The notes below the pieces were generated by a model, which made no database searches, was not told where the DNA came from, and worked only from the letters and a program-made list of their open reading frames with translations. The position numbers and the translations under genes are program-made. 64,000 bases of DNA from Bacteroidia bacterium (GTDB taxonomy: Bacteria; Bacteroidota; Bacteroidia; SpSt-205): positions 48,396 through 112,395 of the forward strand of contig JBCNVG010000013.1 of NCBI GenBank assembly GCA_039630325.1. The letters run 5' to 3'. Below are positions 9,833 to 19,900 of this stretch, one piece after another; the first letter of the stretch is position 1, and the number at the start of each line of letters is the position of its first letter.

Positions 9833-10531
9833 TTAGCTTCCCCTAATCAAGGAGCCGGGCCAGCGCCTCAGTAACCGCTCTAAGATCTCGATGGAATGCA
9901 AATCTTTCAGATCAGCCTGATAGTTTAGAATTTTTCCACTCTCGGGACCTGTTTCTCTAAGTTTCCACTTATCTACCTCCACCAGCCAATTCCATCCCGC
10001 CAGAGTGAAGTATACGCGACCTACAGTACGAAACGCTGTCCGTATTGCAGACCAAGGTGTTTGGCTAGTGTAACTCTGAAATGGCTCGGGCTCATGCATG
10101 ATCACCCATAAGATGATATCCACAGATTTAGTTTCCGAAAGCGTAAAAAGCTGCTTAGGTGTGATGCAGCGCCCCATGTCAAGCCAATATCGCTCAGCCC
10201 AGGTTTTTACCTCTACGCCCACGAAAAGACTTTGAGGCAGATGGAGGATAAAGTCGGGCTTGTGCCCTTCCACTTCCGGCTGACGAAAGTAAGGTATAAA
10301 GTCTACTCTACTCTCTGTGAGCCACTTTTCTACGGCAAGCTCCCCCAAAGCCCCACGCAAATGCGTCATAGGAAAGTTAGGATAATGGAACTCCTGGCGG
10401 TCTCTCCAGCGCTCAAAACGGCCCTGGGCAAGTGGAAGCCCCTGTTCCATGATCTCCGCCTGGGTGAGATATACCTGAACAGGCTTAGCTACGGGCTGAC
10501 TTGAGGGCTCTGAGAGAGTTCTTTTATCCAT
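9833..10531 (-). CDS. Hypothetical protein with a PD-(D/E)xK-like nuclease motif
   Basis: 232 aa. The KPDFILHL ... VGVEVKTW spacing fits a PD-(D/E)xK (D...E-x-K) active-site arrangement. I recognise no other domain. Confidence 0.35.
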   Translation of the reverse strand: MDKRTLSEPSSQPVAKPVQVYLTQAEIMEQGLPLAQGRFERWRDRQEFHYPNFPMTHLRGALGELAVEKWLTESRVDFIPYFRQPEVEGHKPDFILHLPQSLFVGVEVKTWAERYWLDMGRCITPKQLFTLSETKSVDIILWVIMHEPEPFQSYTSQTPWSAIRTAFRTVGRVYFTLAGWNWLVEVDKWKLRETGPESGKILNYQADLKDLHSIEILERLLRRWPGSLIRGS

Positions 10532-10565
10532 AAGAACTTCCGGCTCAAAGAATCGGTCAAACCGC

Positions 10566-12005
10566 TCAGTGTTCCAGGGCCTTATCCAGAAAGTCCTCTA
10601 CAAGCTTTTCAATAGAGCCTTGTTTGGGAATCGCAGCCATCATGCCATACAGGGCGGCCGTGCGGCGAGGTGGTCGGTCTGATTGAGCCGTCCGACTGAT
10701 AAGCCGGGCCATACCCCGTACCCACCGCTCTGGAAGGACAGCCAACCCGGTGCGCAGTAACGCTCTCCCGGCACGCCGCTGCCAACCACTTTTGCGCATC
10801 CGTTTTTTTTCCTCTTCTACAACTTCTGTTAGGTCTTGGATAAAGGTTTCCACCACTCGAGCATGGCCGGCTGTGACCGTCAAGTGCAAGCTGGCCGGAT
10901 TTTGCTGACGATCTAAGAACCACCCGCGCTGAGCGAGGCCATCCCCTATTCGATAGATATCCAGCGGAGAATGAGCCCCAATCGCAAGAATAGTAGATGA
11001 AGGGTTCCCCACAATATAAAGCTCTGGTATCGCTGCTACGGCCGAACGAATTCGCTGGGTCGTCTCCCAAGCGAGGCGCGCTGCTTCTTTGTACCCAGAT
11101 TCGCCAAGGTATTGAAGCACAGCCCAAGCCGCAGCGATAGCCCCAGCCGAACGGGTCCCAGAAAAAGTCGCCGAAGCATATATCCCTCCCGACCACCCTC
11201 CATAGATGAAGAACTGGGCTCGTCGCAAGCGCCTTTCTCGGTATATGACGACAGAGGCGCCCTTAGGTGTATAGCCATATTTGTGAAGGTCTGCCGATAT
11301 GCTGGTGACCCCCTCCACCCGAAAATCATACGGTGGTAGTTCTACGCCATTTTTCTCTAAAAAAGGCAGAATAAAGCCCCCCACACAAGCATCTACATGA
11401 TAGAGAAGTTGATACTTCTGAGCTAACGCTGCAATGTCCGAAATAGGGTCAATCACCCCATGCGGATATGAAGGCGCTGACCCAACAAGCATAATTGTCT
11501 GTTCAGAAATCGCCGCTTCCATAGCTTTTACGTCGGCTGCCCCCGTAGAATCTACGGGGGTATGCACTATTTTGAGACCAAGGTAATGGGCTGCCTTATC
11601 AAAAGCGGGATGAGCTGAGACAGGGACAATAATCTCGGGCTGAGAAAGATAAGGCTTCTGCTGGCGAGAATAATCTCGAGCTGTCTTGACCGCCAGGAAA
11701 ATACTCTCAGTACCTCCGCTGGTCAGCGTACCGGCCGCTTCAGGCGGGGCATGGAGGAGGGATTTCACTATCCCAAGTATCTCGTTTTCCATTCTGCGCA
11801 AGCTCGGAAACGCCATGGGATTGAGGGCATTCTCAGAGATGTAGTAGGCATAAGCCTGCTGAGCCAAGCGTAAAAGCTCTTCACTATGATAATATACCAG
11901 GCTCCACAAGCGGGCACTGCCGCTATCGGTATCTTGAGATTTACGAGTGCGTAGCTCCGACAAGATATCTTCAGCAGAACGGCCTACGGTGGGTAGCATA
12001 TGCAT
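10566..12005 (-). CDS. PLP-dependent group II decarboxylase-fold enzyme, sphingosine-1-phosphate-lyase-like
   Basis: The PLP-lysine region SADLHKYGYTPKGASVVIYR closely matches the SPL/GadB family, along with GGTESIFLAVKTARD. The start is set at the internal ATG (MHMLPTV) so it does not overlap divergent rbfA. The track ORF extends to 12041. Confidence 0.65.
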   Translation of the reverse strand: MHMLPTVGRSAEDILSELRTRKSQDTDSGSARLWSLVYYHSEELLRLAQQAYAYYISENALNPMAFPSLRRMENEILGIVKSLLHAPPEAAGTLTSGGTESIFLAVKTARDYSRQQKPYLSQPEIIVPVSAHPAFDKAAHYLGLKIVHTPVDSTGAADVKAMEAAISEQTIMLVGSAPSYPHGVIDPISDIAALAQKYQLLYHVDACVGGFILPFLEKNGVELPPYDFRVEGVTSISADLHKYGYTPKGASVVIYRERRLRRAQFFIYGGWSGGIYASATFSGTRSAGAIAAAWAVLQYLGESGYKEAARLAWETTQRIRSAVAAIPELYIVGNPSSTILAIGAHSPLDIYRIGDGLAQRGWFLDRQQNPASLHLTVTAGHARVVETFIQDLTEVVEEEKKRMRKSGWQRRAGRALLRTGLAVLPERWVRGMARLISRTAQSDRPPRRTAALYGMMAAIPKQGSIEKLVEDFLDKALEH

Positions 12006-12039
12006 AAATCTAAGGTACAAAATATGCGTACTTTTGGAC

Positions 12040-12429
12040 ATGGCACGCCCACCGAATCTCCGTCAGCAGCGTTTCGCCGCTGAAATGAAGCGTGTTTTAT
12101 CTGATATCATTCGGGAAGCGAGTGATGAGATCCCTGAGTTAGCTGGCTATCTTATAGAAGTGAGCGATATCCGAGTCACAGCAGACCTCCAGCAGATACG
12201 AGCTTATATCTTAGTATCTCCGCCAGAGAAGCAGGAGTTTGTGGTCCGACTTCTAAATCAGTATCAGAAAGCCATTCGATATCGCCTTGCACAGCAGATA
12301 CGCAATCAAGTAAAGGTCATGCCCACCGTTCAGTTTTTCACGGATGAAGTGGAGCTTCGTGCCCGTCGGATAGAAGAGATACTTAGAAATCTTCCCCCAC
12401 CTGCAAAGGATAGCTTTCCTGAAAGTTGA
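12040..12429 (+). CDS. rbfA: Ribosome-binding factor A
   Basis: KH-like RbfA core (QQRFAAEMKRVLSDIIREASDEIPELAGYLIEVSDIRVTADLQQIRAYI). The start is placed at the ATG at 12040 (MARPPNLRQQ). Confidence 0.75.
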   Translation: MARPPNLRQQRFAAEMKRVLSDIIREASDEIPELAGYLIEVSDIRVTADLQQIRAYILVSPPEKQEFVVRLLNQYQKAIRYRLAQQIRNQVKVMPTVQFFTDEVELRARRIEEILRNLPPPAKDSFPES

Positions 12430-13631
12430 GCCCCTATATGGGTGCTCTGATTTGGCGGTATCTACTTCGCAGTCCACGACCTGTCATTCGGTGGTTGCTA
12501 CGATTGAGCTTTGTCGGACTAGCTTTGTCTGCTTGGGCCTGGATAGTAGTAGCATCGGTTTTCAATGGATTCAGTACCTTTTTGGAGGAAGTTTTTCAGC
12601 GCGCAGATCCGCAGGTTCGCTTAGTTGGACAGGGATTGTCAGACTCTCTTCGTCAAGCGCTTGAACAGTACCCAGAGGTGGCGGCAGCTTCTGGTATTTT
12701 GGAGCGCATCGCCCTCCTGCGATATGGCGGCCGTCAGGCAGTGGTCAGACTGCGCATCGTAGATCAAAAGTTTGCTCAGGTGAGTCAGATTGGCTCTCAG
12801 CTTCTCTGGGGAGAGGCCTTTCCCCTGCGTCCCAAAGGTGTACTCATGGGAGCTGGTGTGGCCGCCCAGTTAGCCGTAGCAGATGTAGAAGAAATGCCTC
12901 TTTGGATTTATGTCATCCATTCGGGAAAAAAAATCGCTTTTACAGGCATAGAAGGGCTCCAACGGCAAAAGGGTATTATCCAGGGTATATTCAGCGTCCA
13001 GAAAGAGTACGATGAATCATGGGTAATCGCCCGACAGGAGGATTGGCCTACGCTGCGCTCCTCTACTTATGAAGCTATTGAGCTGAGGCTTCGCTCAGGC
13101 TACTCTATTGAGCCATTTATCAAACGACTCCGAGCCATTTTACCCGTGCAGATTCAGATCCAGGACCCTAAGCAGCAACATGAAGGTTTGTATAAAGTCC
13201 TTCTCCAAGAGAAATTTCTGGCCCGAATAGGTCTATTTTTTCTCATCATATTGACATTGACCGGTGTCATTAGCACCCTTTCGGCTTTCTTGCTACTTGG
13301 ACGGCGAGACTGGGCCTTGTATCAAGCATTGGGCGCCCCCCGAGATTGGATAGAGCGCTTGCTCCGGCGATTGAGTCTCACTTTACTCATCACGGCCGTC
13401 AGCACAGGTCTGCTGCTTGGCACTGTGACAGTCATCTTACAAGACCGATATCACTTGGTCAAACTACGAGGGGGCGAGGGTTTCTTGATTGAGCATTTCC
13501 CCGTTAGGCTTGCTGCAGAGGACTACCTTTGGTTGATTGGATTAGTCGGCGGAGCTTTTATCTTGCTATCCGCTTATTCTAAGTATCAACTGCGGCAAAT
13601 AGATTTGCGAGCATCTTTACAGGGAGATTAG
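12426..13631 (+). CDS. FtsX-like ABC-type permease family protein
   Basis: N-terminal TM segment, an extracytoplasmic domain, and a C-terminal FtsX-type TM bundle (LIILTLTGVISTLSAFLLLGRRDWALYQALGAPRDWIERLL...). It overlaps rbfA by 4 nt. Confidence 0.65.
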   Translation: MSPYMGALIWRYLLRSPRPVIRWLLRLSFVGLALSAWAWIVVASVFNGFSTFLEEVFQRADPQVRLVGQGLSDSLRQALEQYPEVAAASGILERIALLRYGGRQAVVRLRIVDQKFAQVSQIGSQLLWGEAFPLRPKGVLMGAGVAAQLAVADVEEMPLWIYVIHSGKKIAFTGIEGLQRQKGIIQGIFSVQKEYDESWVIARQEDWPTLRSSTYEAIELRLRSGYSIEPFIKRLRAILPVQIQIQDPKQQHEGLYKVLLQEKFLARIGLFFLIILTLTGVISTLSAFLLLGRRDWALYQALGAPRDWIERLLRRLSLTLLITAVSTGLLLGTVTVILQDRYHLVKLRGGEGFLIEHFPVRLAAEDYLWLIGLVGGAFILLSAYSKYQLRQIDLRASLQGD

Positions 13632-13633
13632 GT

Positions 13634-15943
13634 ATGGACTGCTTATTTGTACTCCTTCTATCAAGTGTACTATGGGCTCAGCTACCTTCTGATAGTCTAC
13701 GGCGACCTCGAGTAGGCTTAGTACTCTCTGGGGGTGGGGCTCGGGGCGCTGCTCATGTAGGCGTAATCCAAGCCCTGGAAGAAGCAGGCATACCGATTGA
13801 CTACATCACGGGTACCTCCATGGGCGCAATGGTAGGGGGATTCTATGCAGCTGGGTATTCCCCTGCTGAAATGTTCCTTCTCCTTATGCGTGAAAATCGT
13901 CAATGGCTTAGTCCTGGGCCTTTTTTTCGAGAGCATACCTATTACTCCCCCACTCGCCCCCATGATATCACCAGTTGGGAGATCCCATTGGAGTTTTTGT
14001 CAAAAGGAGACCTCCCTTTACCTGAGCAAGTTGTATCTGACTTTGAAATCAACCTTGGCCTAACTGAAAAGCTCAATAGCGTAAGCTTGGGAGTAAAGGG
14101 CAACTTCGATAGCCTCCTTGTGCCATACAGAGCTATTGGTGCTGACCTTTATCAACGGCGCCCTATTATTTTTCGCCGAGGAAGCTTGCCCTTAGCTGTG
14201 AGGGTTTCTATCTCAGTCCCCATATTTTTCTCCCCTCTCACCACCCGAGAATACACCAATTTAGTAGACGGCGGAGTCTACGATAACTTTCCCGTGGAGC
14301 CGATGAAAAGGGAATTCGCCCCTGATTACATCATTGGGGTTCATGTAGGCTCGCCTCCTATGACCTTAGAAGAGTTTAGAGAGAAAGGCTACTATATCCG
14401 ACTTTTTTCCCACTTGGCTGATCAAATGTCTTGGCAAAAGCTTCCTGCTACGAACAGCTTTTTCATTCAGCCTGATTTAGGTGAGATGAGCAGCACTGAC
14501 TTCTCTTCCAGCGCCCTATCTTTTGCGGTACGACGCGGATACGAAGCGGGCATAGCTTGTATAGACGAGCTAAGAGAACAGCTTGGGCCATGGCGGGCTG
14601 ATTCAGCCAAGATAGCCCTTCGTAGACGAGAGTTGCGTCAGCTTAGAAATAGACCCGTGACAATCAGCACTATAAGCTTTCATCCGGCCACCCCATCTCA
14701 GAGTTTCTTCTATAGGCAAGTCTTGGGAATAAAACCTGGGGAAACTCTGACTGGGGAGAGACTTCGACGCCGATTTTTCGCCCTACGACGCGCTGCATCG
14801 TTTTATAGCATTTTTCCTGAGTTTGTCCCTGACTCGCAGGAGGCTAATAAAGCTAAACTGACTGTTCTGGTTCGGCCTCAAGGTACAGCGTTTCTTCGGG
14901 TGGGATTAGGGGTATTTTCACCCTCGGGATATACCATTCAGGTGGGTACCCGCTTAGAGAAGGTCTGGTGGGCGGGATGGGAAGGAGAAGCCTTTCTTAC
15001 GCAGGGTTCCTTCGCTCAAGGCGTAGAGTTCAGAATGGGAATCCGTCCACCTCTGCCGATAGATGTACGATTTTTTGGCACGAGCCAAATCAACCGCCTT
15101 ATCTATCAAAAGCTGGGTGAGTATTGGCTACCCCTCCCCCGTCAAGCAGATGTGTTTACGAGCTTCGATTACTTAGGAATTGGGATGCAGTTTTCAATCA
15201 AACGCTTTGAAGCTCAGATCGGGCTGGGACGCTACTCCATATCCGAAAGTCATGGTAACCCGAGTACAGACACACGCATACGGGCCTTAACTAGTCATCT
15301 GCGCCTACTCATAGATACCGAAGACGATCGTCAGTATCCCATTCAAGGCACCCGCCTGTACGCAGCGGTATATCTGAATCACGCAGTAGAAAACCCTTTA
15401 TTTTCTCAGGCCCTTTACATTAAGGCTCAGCATTTTTGGCCGCAGCTTATTCTCCGGTATCGTCAGAATCTTCCCGTGCTACGAGCTCTCAGCATAGGAC
15501 TACGATTAGAAGGAGGGCTTTCCCTTCAAGCTCCATACGCTGACTCTGTCGCCAGCATCCTCGCTTCTCCCAGTTTTTATCCTTTTCCCGAAAGTGCAAC
15601 CCTATACCTACCACCGCTATATCAAAGAGGGTTTGCCGCTCTAGGTGGACATCTAACGATTCGCCTAAAACACAAACTCTTCCTCCGAGCAGAAGGATAT
15701 GCCCATCAGCCCTTTTTGAATCTAAGCTTTCCCACGCCAGACCAGCCACAAGGGCAAGTCAGATTTCCTCTAAGCTGGAGAGAAATTCCCCCTCTTCAAC
15801 GCTACTTTATGACTGGCATATTCTATCGGACGTTTATAGGTCCATTAGGAGCCTTCATTTCATATTACGAAAAGCAGCCTCAACCTTTGCGGATATTTAT
15901 TCATCTCGGCTATACACGCTTCTTAGAGCGGCCCTGGCAATAA
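13634..15943 (+). CDS. Patatin-like phospholipase fused to a C-terminal Omp85/surface-antigen-type beta-barrel (PlpD-like)
   Basis: Signal peptide followed by the patatin motifs GGGARG, GTSMG (GxSxG) and DGG. The long C-terminal half is rich in alternating aromatic beta-strands, consistent with an outer-membrane barrel. Confidence 0.75.
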   Translation: MDCLFVLLLSSVLWAQLPSDSLRRPRVGLVLSGGGARGAAHVGVIQALEEAGIPIDYITGTSMGAMVGGFYAAGYSPAEMFLLLMRENRQWLSPGPFFREHTYYSPTRPHDITSWEIPLEFLSKGDLPLPEQVVSDFEINLGLTEKLNSVSLGVKGNFDSLLVPYRAIGADLYQRRPIIFRRGSLPLAVRVSISVPIFFSPLTTREYTNLVDGGVYDNFPVEPMKREFAPDYIIGVHVGSPPMTLEEFREKGYYIRLFSHLADQMSWQKLPATNSFFIQPDLGEMSSTDFSSSALSFAVRRGYEAGIACIDELREQLGPWRADSAKIALRRRELRQLRNRPVTISTISFHPATPSQSFFYRQVLGIKPGETLTGERLRRRFFALRRAASFYSIFPEFVPDSQEANKAKLTVLVRPQGTAFLRVGLGVFSPSGYTIQVGTRLEKVWWAGWEGEAFLTQGSFAQGVEFRMGIRPPLPIDVRFFGTSQINRLIYQKLGEYWLPLPRQADVFTSFDYLGIGMQFSIKRFEAQIGLGRYSISESHGNPSTDTRIRALTSHLRLLIDTEDDRQYPIQGTRLYAAVYLNHAVENPLFSQALYIKAQHFWPQLILRYRQNLPVLRALSIGLRLEGGLSLQAPYADSVASILASPSFYPFPESATLYLPPLYQRGFAALGGHLTIRLKHKLFLRAEGYAHQPFLNLSFPTPDQPQGQVRFPLSWREIPPLQRYFMTGIFYRTFIGPLGAFISYYEKQPQPLRIFIHLGYTRFLERPWQ

Positions 15944-15967
15944 GCCCAACCCATTACCTTTGCAGAG

Positions 15968-16822
15968 ATGAAATCCATCCTACATCTTACGGACTTTTCA
16001 GAAGTCGCCCAGAATGCATACGCTTATGCTATAGCGATTGCCAAAAAGTACGGTGCTGAGCTGCATGTTGCCCATATCTATGATCGACCATATGCAAGTA
16101 TCGCTTATCAAGGAGGCCTATCCGCTGTGGTAGATGCTGAAATGGATGCTAAAATCCGCCGTGAACTTCTCAAACATTTAGAGAGTTATGTCACCTCTGC
16201 TCCATCCGATGGAGTGCGAGTGCTAATGCATTTATGGGGCGATCAGACTGTTTGGCGACCAGACCAGTACTTGAACAAGGTCCCAGGGACAGAGCTGATA
16301 GTGATGGGTACTCGCGGTGCCACAAGCTTATGGCATGGAGGGCTATTCGGAACAAATACAGCTCGCCTCATTCGGCACAGTCCTGTACCAGTTCTTGCAG
16401 TTCACGCGAAAAACACCTATACCGACTACCAAAAAGTCTTACTGCCCATAGATATTTTTGATGAGGCCACTATACCGCTGCTTCAAGCTGCGCTGCAGTT
16501 TTTGCATCCATGGCCGAATGCAAAGTTCATCCTCTTAGTGATTAACACGCCATATGTTTTCTACGACACCCCCTCCATAGATAAGTTCCTGGAAGAGGTC
16601 AAAGAGAAAGTCAGACGCCCCAACATAGAACTTCGGGTATATAATGATATCTCCGTAGAAGAAGGACTGCGACAAGCCATGGATGCAGAAAAAGCCGACC
16701 TCCTCGTGATGGGAACCCACGCTCGCAAAGGGCTGGCTCAGCTTCTATTTGGAAGCATCACCGAAAATGTAGCTCAGCATTTAGAATATCCTCTATTAGC
16801 TTTTCCTTTGAGTAAAAGCTGA
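15968..16822 (+). CDS. Universal stress protein, tandem UspA domains
   Basis: Two USP repeats (ILHLTDFSEVAQNAYAYAIAIAKKYGAELHVAH ... LLVMGTHARKGLAQLLFGSITENV). Confidence 0.8.
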   Translation: MKSILHLTDFSEVAQNAYAYAIAIAKKYGAELHVAHIYDRPYASIAYQGGLSAVVDAEMDAKIRRELLKHLESYVTSAPSDGVRVLMHLWGDQTVWRPDQYLNKVPGTELIVMGTRGATSLWHGGLFGTNTARLIRHSPVPVLAVHAKNTYTDYQKVLLPIDIFDEATIPLLQAALQFLHPWPNAKFILLVINTPYVFYDTPSIDKFLEEVKEKVRRPNIELRVYNDISVEEGLRQAMDAEKADLLVMGTHARKGLAQLLFGSITENVAQHLEYPLLAFPLSKS

Positions 16823-16895
16823 AACTGCGGGGGCAATCGTCCCTACACCCTCACCTGCAGCTAAGGAGGATATAAACTACGCCAGGGCGTTAGTT

Positions 16896-16950
16896 CCCAA
16901 ATAGCTACGGGGGTGCGTCTGCACCCCCGTAGCTATTTGGGAAAGATTTT
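16896..16950. terminator. Bidirectional rho-independent terminator (perfect 21-bp stem, 4-nt loop) between convergent genes
   Basis: cccaaatagctacgggggtgc-gtct-gcacccccgtagctatttggg followed by aaagattttt. It lies between the stop of the USP gene and the stop of the giant minus-strand gene. Confidence 0.6.
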
Positions 16951-16957
16951 TGCTTGC

Positions 16958-19900
16958 TCAGGGGACAAGTTTGAGTAGCTTGAGAGATATTTCCTCGCCA
17001 TCCTTGAAAAACTGAAGAGTGTAGATACCCGTTGCCCAGGAGCGAACATCTATCTGGACTTCGTGAAATCCAGCGGAATAACTCTGCGGTGTGATGTAAG
17101 AGACCAACGCACCCTTGGCATCATATACCCTCACCTCGACATACTTCTCCTCGGATAGACTAAACTGCACTGTGAGAAGCTCCGTCACTGGATTAGGGAA
17201 GGCCCTGACCAGCTCCTGGATAGGCCCTGAGACCTCTCGAGGGAATCTAACTTCTGCTAAGTTACTGTACGCCACCTCCCCTCCCAAGTGTTCGCTCACT
17301 ACTCGGTAGAGGTTAGTTTGCTCGAAGCTAGGGAAGCTGTCTATCCAACTAAATGAGGTGGATCCTTGAACGGGATATCTGTATACCTCCACCCACCCCG
17401 TATCCACACGCTTCTGCAAAAGCGCATACTGGATGGGGACATTCGTTTGCCATAAGAGGCGAATATGAGCCTCGGGCGTCGGATAAGCGGCCAATACACT
17501 TTGTATAGCAGGGAGGGGTGAGCAGTTAGTGACATTTACAGTCTGCTGGACAGTATCAGGGCAAGCACCAGGAGCACTCACCACCATAGTTATCGTCTTC
17601 GTGCCTGGTGTACTCCAAGTGCAAGATTGGGAACCGCCAGAACTCCAGGTTGAGCCATTATCACAGCTCCACTGGACATTCCCGCCAATCACTGGTGAAC
17701 TGGAATAAACCTGAAACTCCCCGAAAGTAGGAGCATTTGCCGCCTGCACATCAAATTCTAACCGCCATAGATGCGCAAAAATAACCTGGGTCTCCGTGAA
17801 AATGCCGCTGTCGTAGACATAACTACCTGGGGTAAAGGAGAAAGTTTTGGCCAACTTCCATCCCGAACCGTCATTGTAATAAAGACGAGCCCGTCTCGGA
17901 AGGCGCTGGGCCGCATTTGGACAGGACTGGCATGCCCAGAATACGATTCTATTCACGCTGCGCGGTATAGGGTACCGCCACATGGCCCATTGAGTGCTGG
18001 CTCCTGGGTTATTGGCTGTCCAGGCGGTACCGTTTTGATAGATACCATCTCCAAGCTGAGCAAAGTTAGCTGTTTGGACAGAGGAAAAAGTGAGCTGACT
18101 CATGTTGGGGACAGTTCCATGGATACCGAATCCAGTGATTAGGGTACCGAAGCTCGGTTGGCTCGGCCCTGAAACGAGGGTTTGATTGGTAAAGGTTACT
18201 GGCTGTCCTGTGCAATAAGGAATAGGGCTAATAGAAAACTGCCCATCTATCCGAGGCAGAGCAATAGCGGCTATCGGCACTCGCTCTGCGGAGCAGGAAT
18301 TTTCCACCCAATATAGCTGAGACTGCGTCAGAGATGATATGACGAGGGTAGGCGTATTTGAAGCGATAGGTGTCCCGCTAGAAGGGGTGAGATACCAGTT
18401 AGAGGGAACGCCGGCTTGGAGCGTGAGGGAGCTCCCTGCACATACGGCGGTATCTTTTTCCTGAGCTAAAAAGTTGGTCGTGTATGCCGTTGCCGCCCCA
18501 TCATAAGGTCCGCCAGCGATGGGAAGAGGACATCCTGATAGAACTATCTGCGTTGCCGCCCCATCATGCGGCCCCCCCACATAACTAAAAGTCGGACAAC
18601 TCGCTAACACCACCCCACTCGCAGACCCATCATAGGGACCTCCCGCAATTGGCATCGGGCAGCTCGCTACAATCACCTGCGTCGCAGACCCATCATACGG
18701 ACCTCCTACATAACTAAATGTCGGACAGCTCGCTAACACCACCCCACTCGCTGACCCATCATAGGGACCTCCGGCGTACGGAAGCTCAGGAAGGGGACAG
18801 TTTATTATCGCAGCGACGGCAGCCCCATCATAAGGACCACCAGTGTATTCCGTGATATCCCAACAAATAGCCCCTACAAACGCTGTCGCCGCCCCATCAT
18901 ACGGCCCCCCTGCATAGCTCAGTGTCGGACAGTTCGCAAGGAGTACTTCACTCGCAGACCCATCATACGGCCCGCCAGCAATCGGCATCGGACAACTTGC
19001 CACAATCACCTGCGTCGCAGAGCCATCATACGGACCGCCTACATAACTAAAAGTAGGACAGCTAGCTACCACCACTTCCGTAGCAGACCCATCATACGGC
19101 CCACCCGCAATCGGCATCGGACAGCTCGCCACAATCACCTGCGTCGCAGACCCATCATATGGGCCCCCTATATAACTCAATGTAGAACAACTAGCCAAAA
19201 CTACCGCCGTAGCTGAGCCGTCATAGGGACCACCAGCTCTTGCAGGCCATATCACATCAAACTCTATGCAGAAGGTAGAGTCGCATAAAGTGCCATTTGT
19301 CACCGTAACGCATACACGCTTTCGCCCCGGTATAGTGTAGCTCACAGGAGGAGGTACAGGGCCGCTATAGTCTATTTGCGAGGCGCCACACCCAGCACTG
19401 CCATTTGCACAGAAGTTCCAGTAAATATTTGCCCCCGTTCCATTTACAGTATCTACATAAGTGGGCGAAAAGGTAATAGGAATCCCAAGCCAAACTGGTG
19501 AAGGAGGACTCATGGTAACACTCACCCCTGGCATCGGATAGATGATCAAGTAGCGACATGCTGTATCCGCCTGGGTACCATTACTCACCCGCAGACATAC
19601 CAAGTATGTATCTGCCACTGTATAAGTATGTTGCGGCTGAAAATGGGTAGAAGTATTTCCATCCCCAAATAGCCAATAGTACTGAATCCCAGGACCCACT
19701 GAGGAATAGTTTAGAAACTGGATGGACTGTCCTGAGCAAGAGCCTACAAAATCAAAGTTAGCTCTTGGTCTATCAGGATCAGGCGGAATGCACGTTTGCT
19801 GGATAGGATTTGCTGTAACATGCACAGTGATATCTCCTGTGGCCCATTCCGGCATCACGACTTGTATCCAGAAACTTTTGAGCGGAGGGCGGCATTTCAG

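Noticed and set aside
10609-11329. 195-aa and 97-aa alternative-frame ORFs
   Set aside because: They are embedded in the SPL-like PLP enzyme gene, whose frame carries the conserved PLP-lysine motif.
18481-19248. Possible CRISPR array, given the regular about 65-nt periodicity
   Set aside because: The repeats are in-frame coding sequence of the giant gene. There are no unique spacers, the units are near-identical 63-66-nt blocks, and there are no cas genes.
18481-19248. The idea that the upstream FGE-domain protein converts the repeat cysteines to formylglycine
   Set aside because: The FGE recognition motif is C-x-P-x-R. The repeat Cys is in an A-S-C-P-(M/T) context, with Pro immediately after Cys and no Arg. 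Only co-location supports a functional link.
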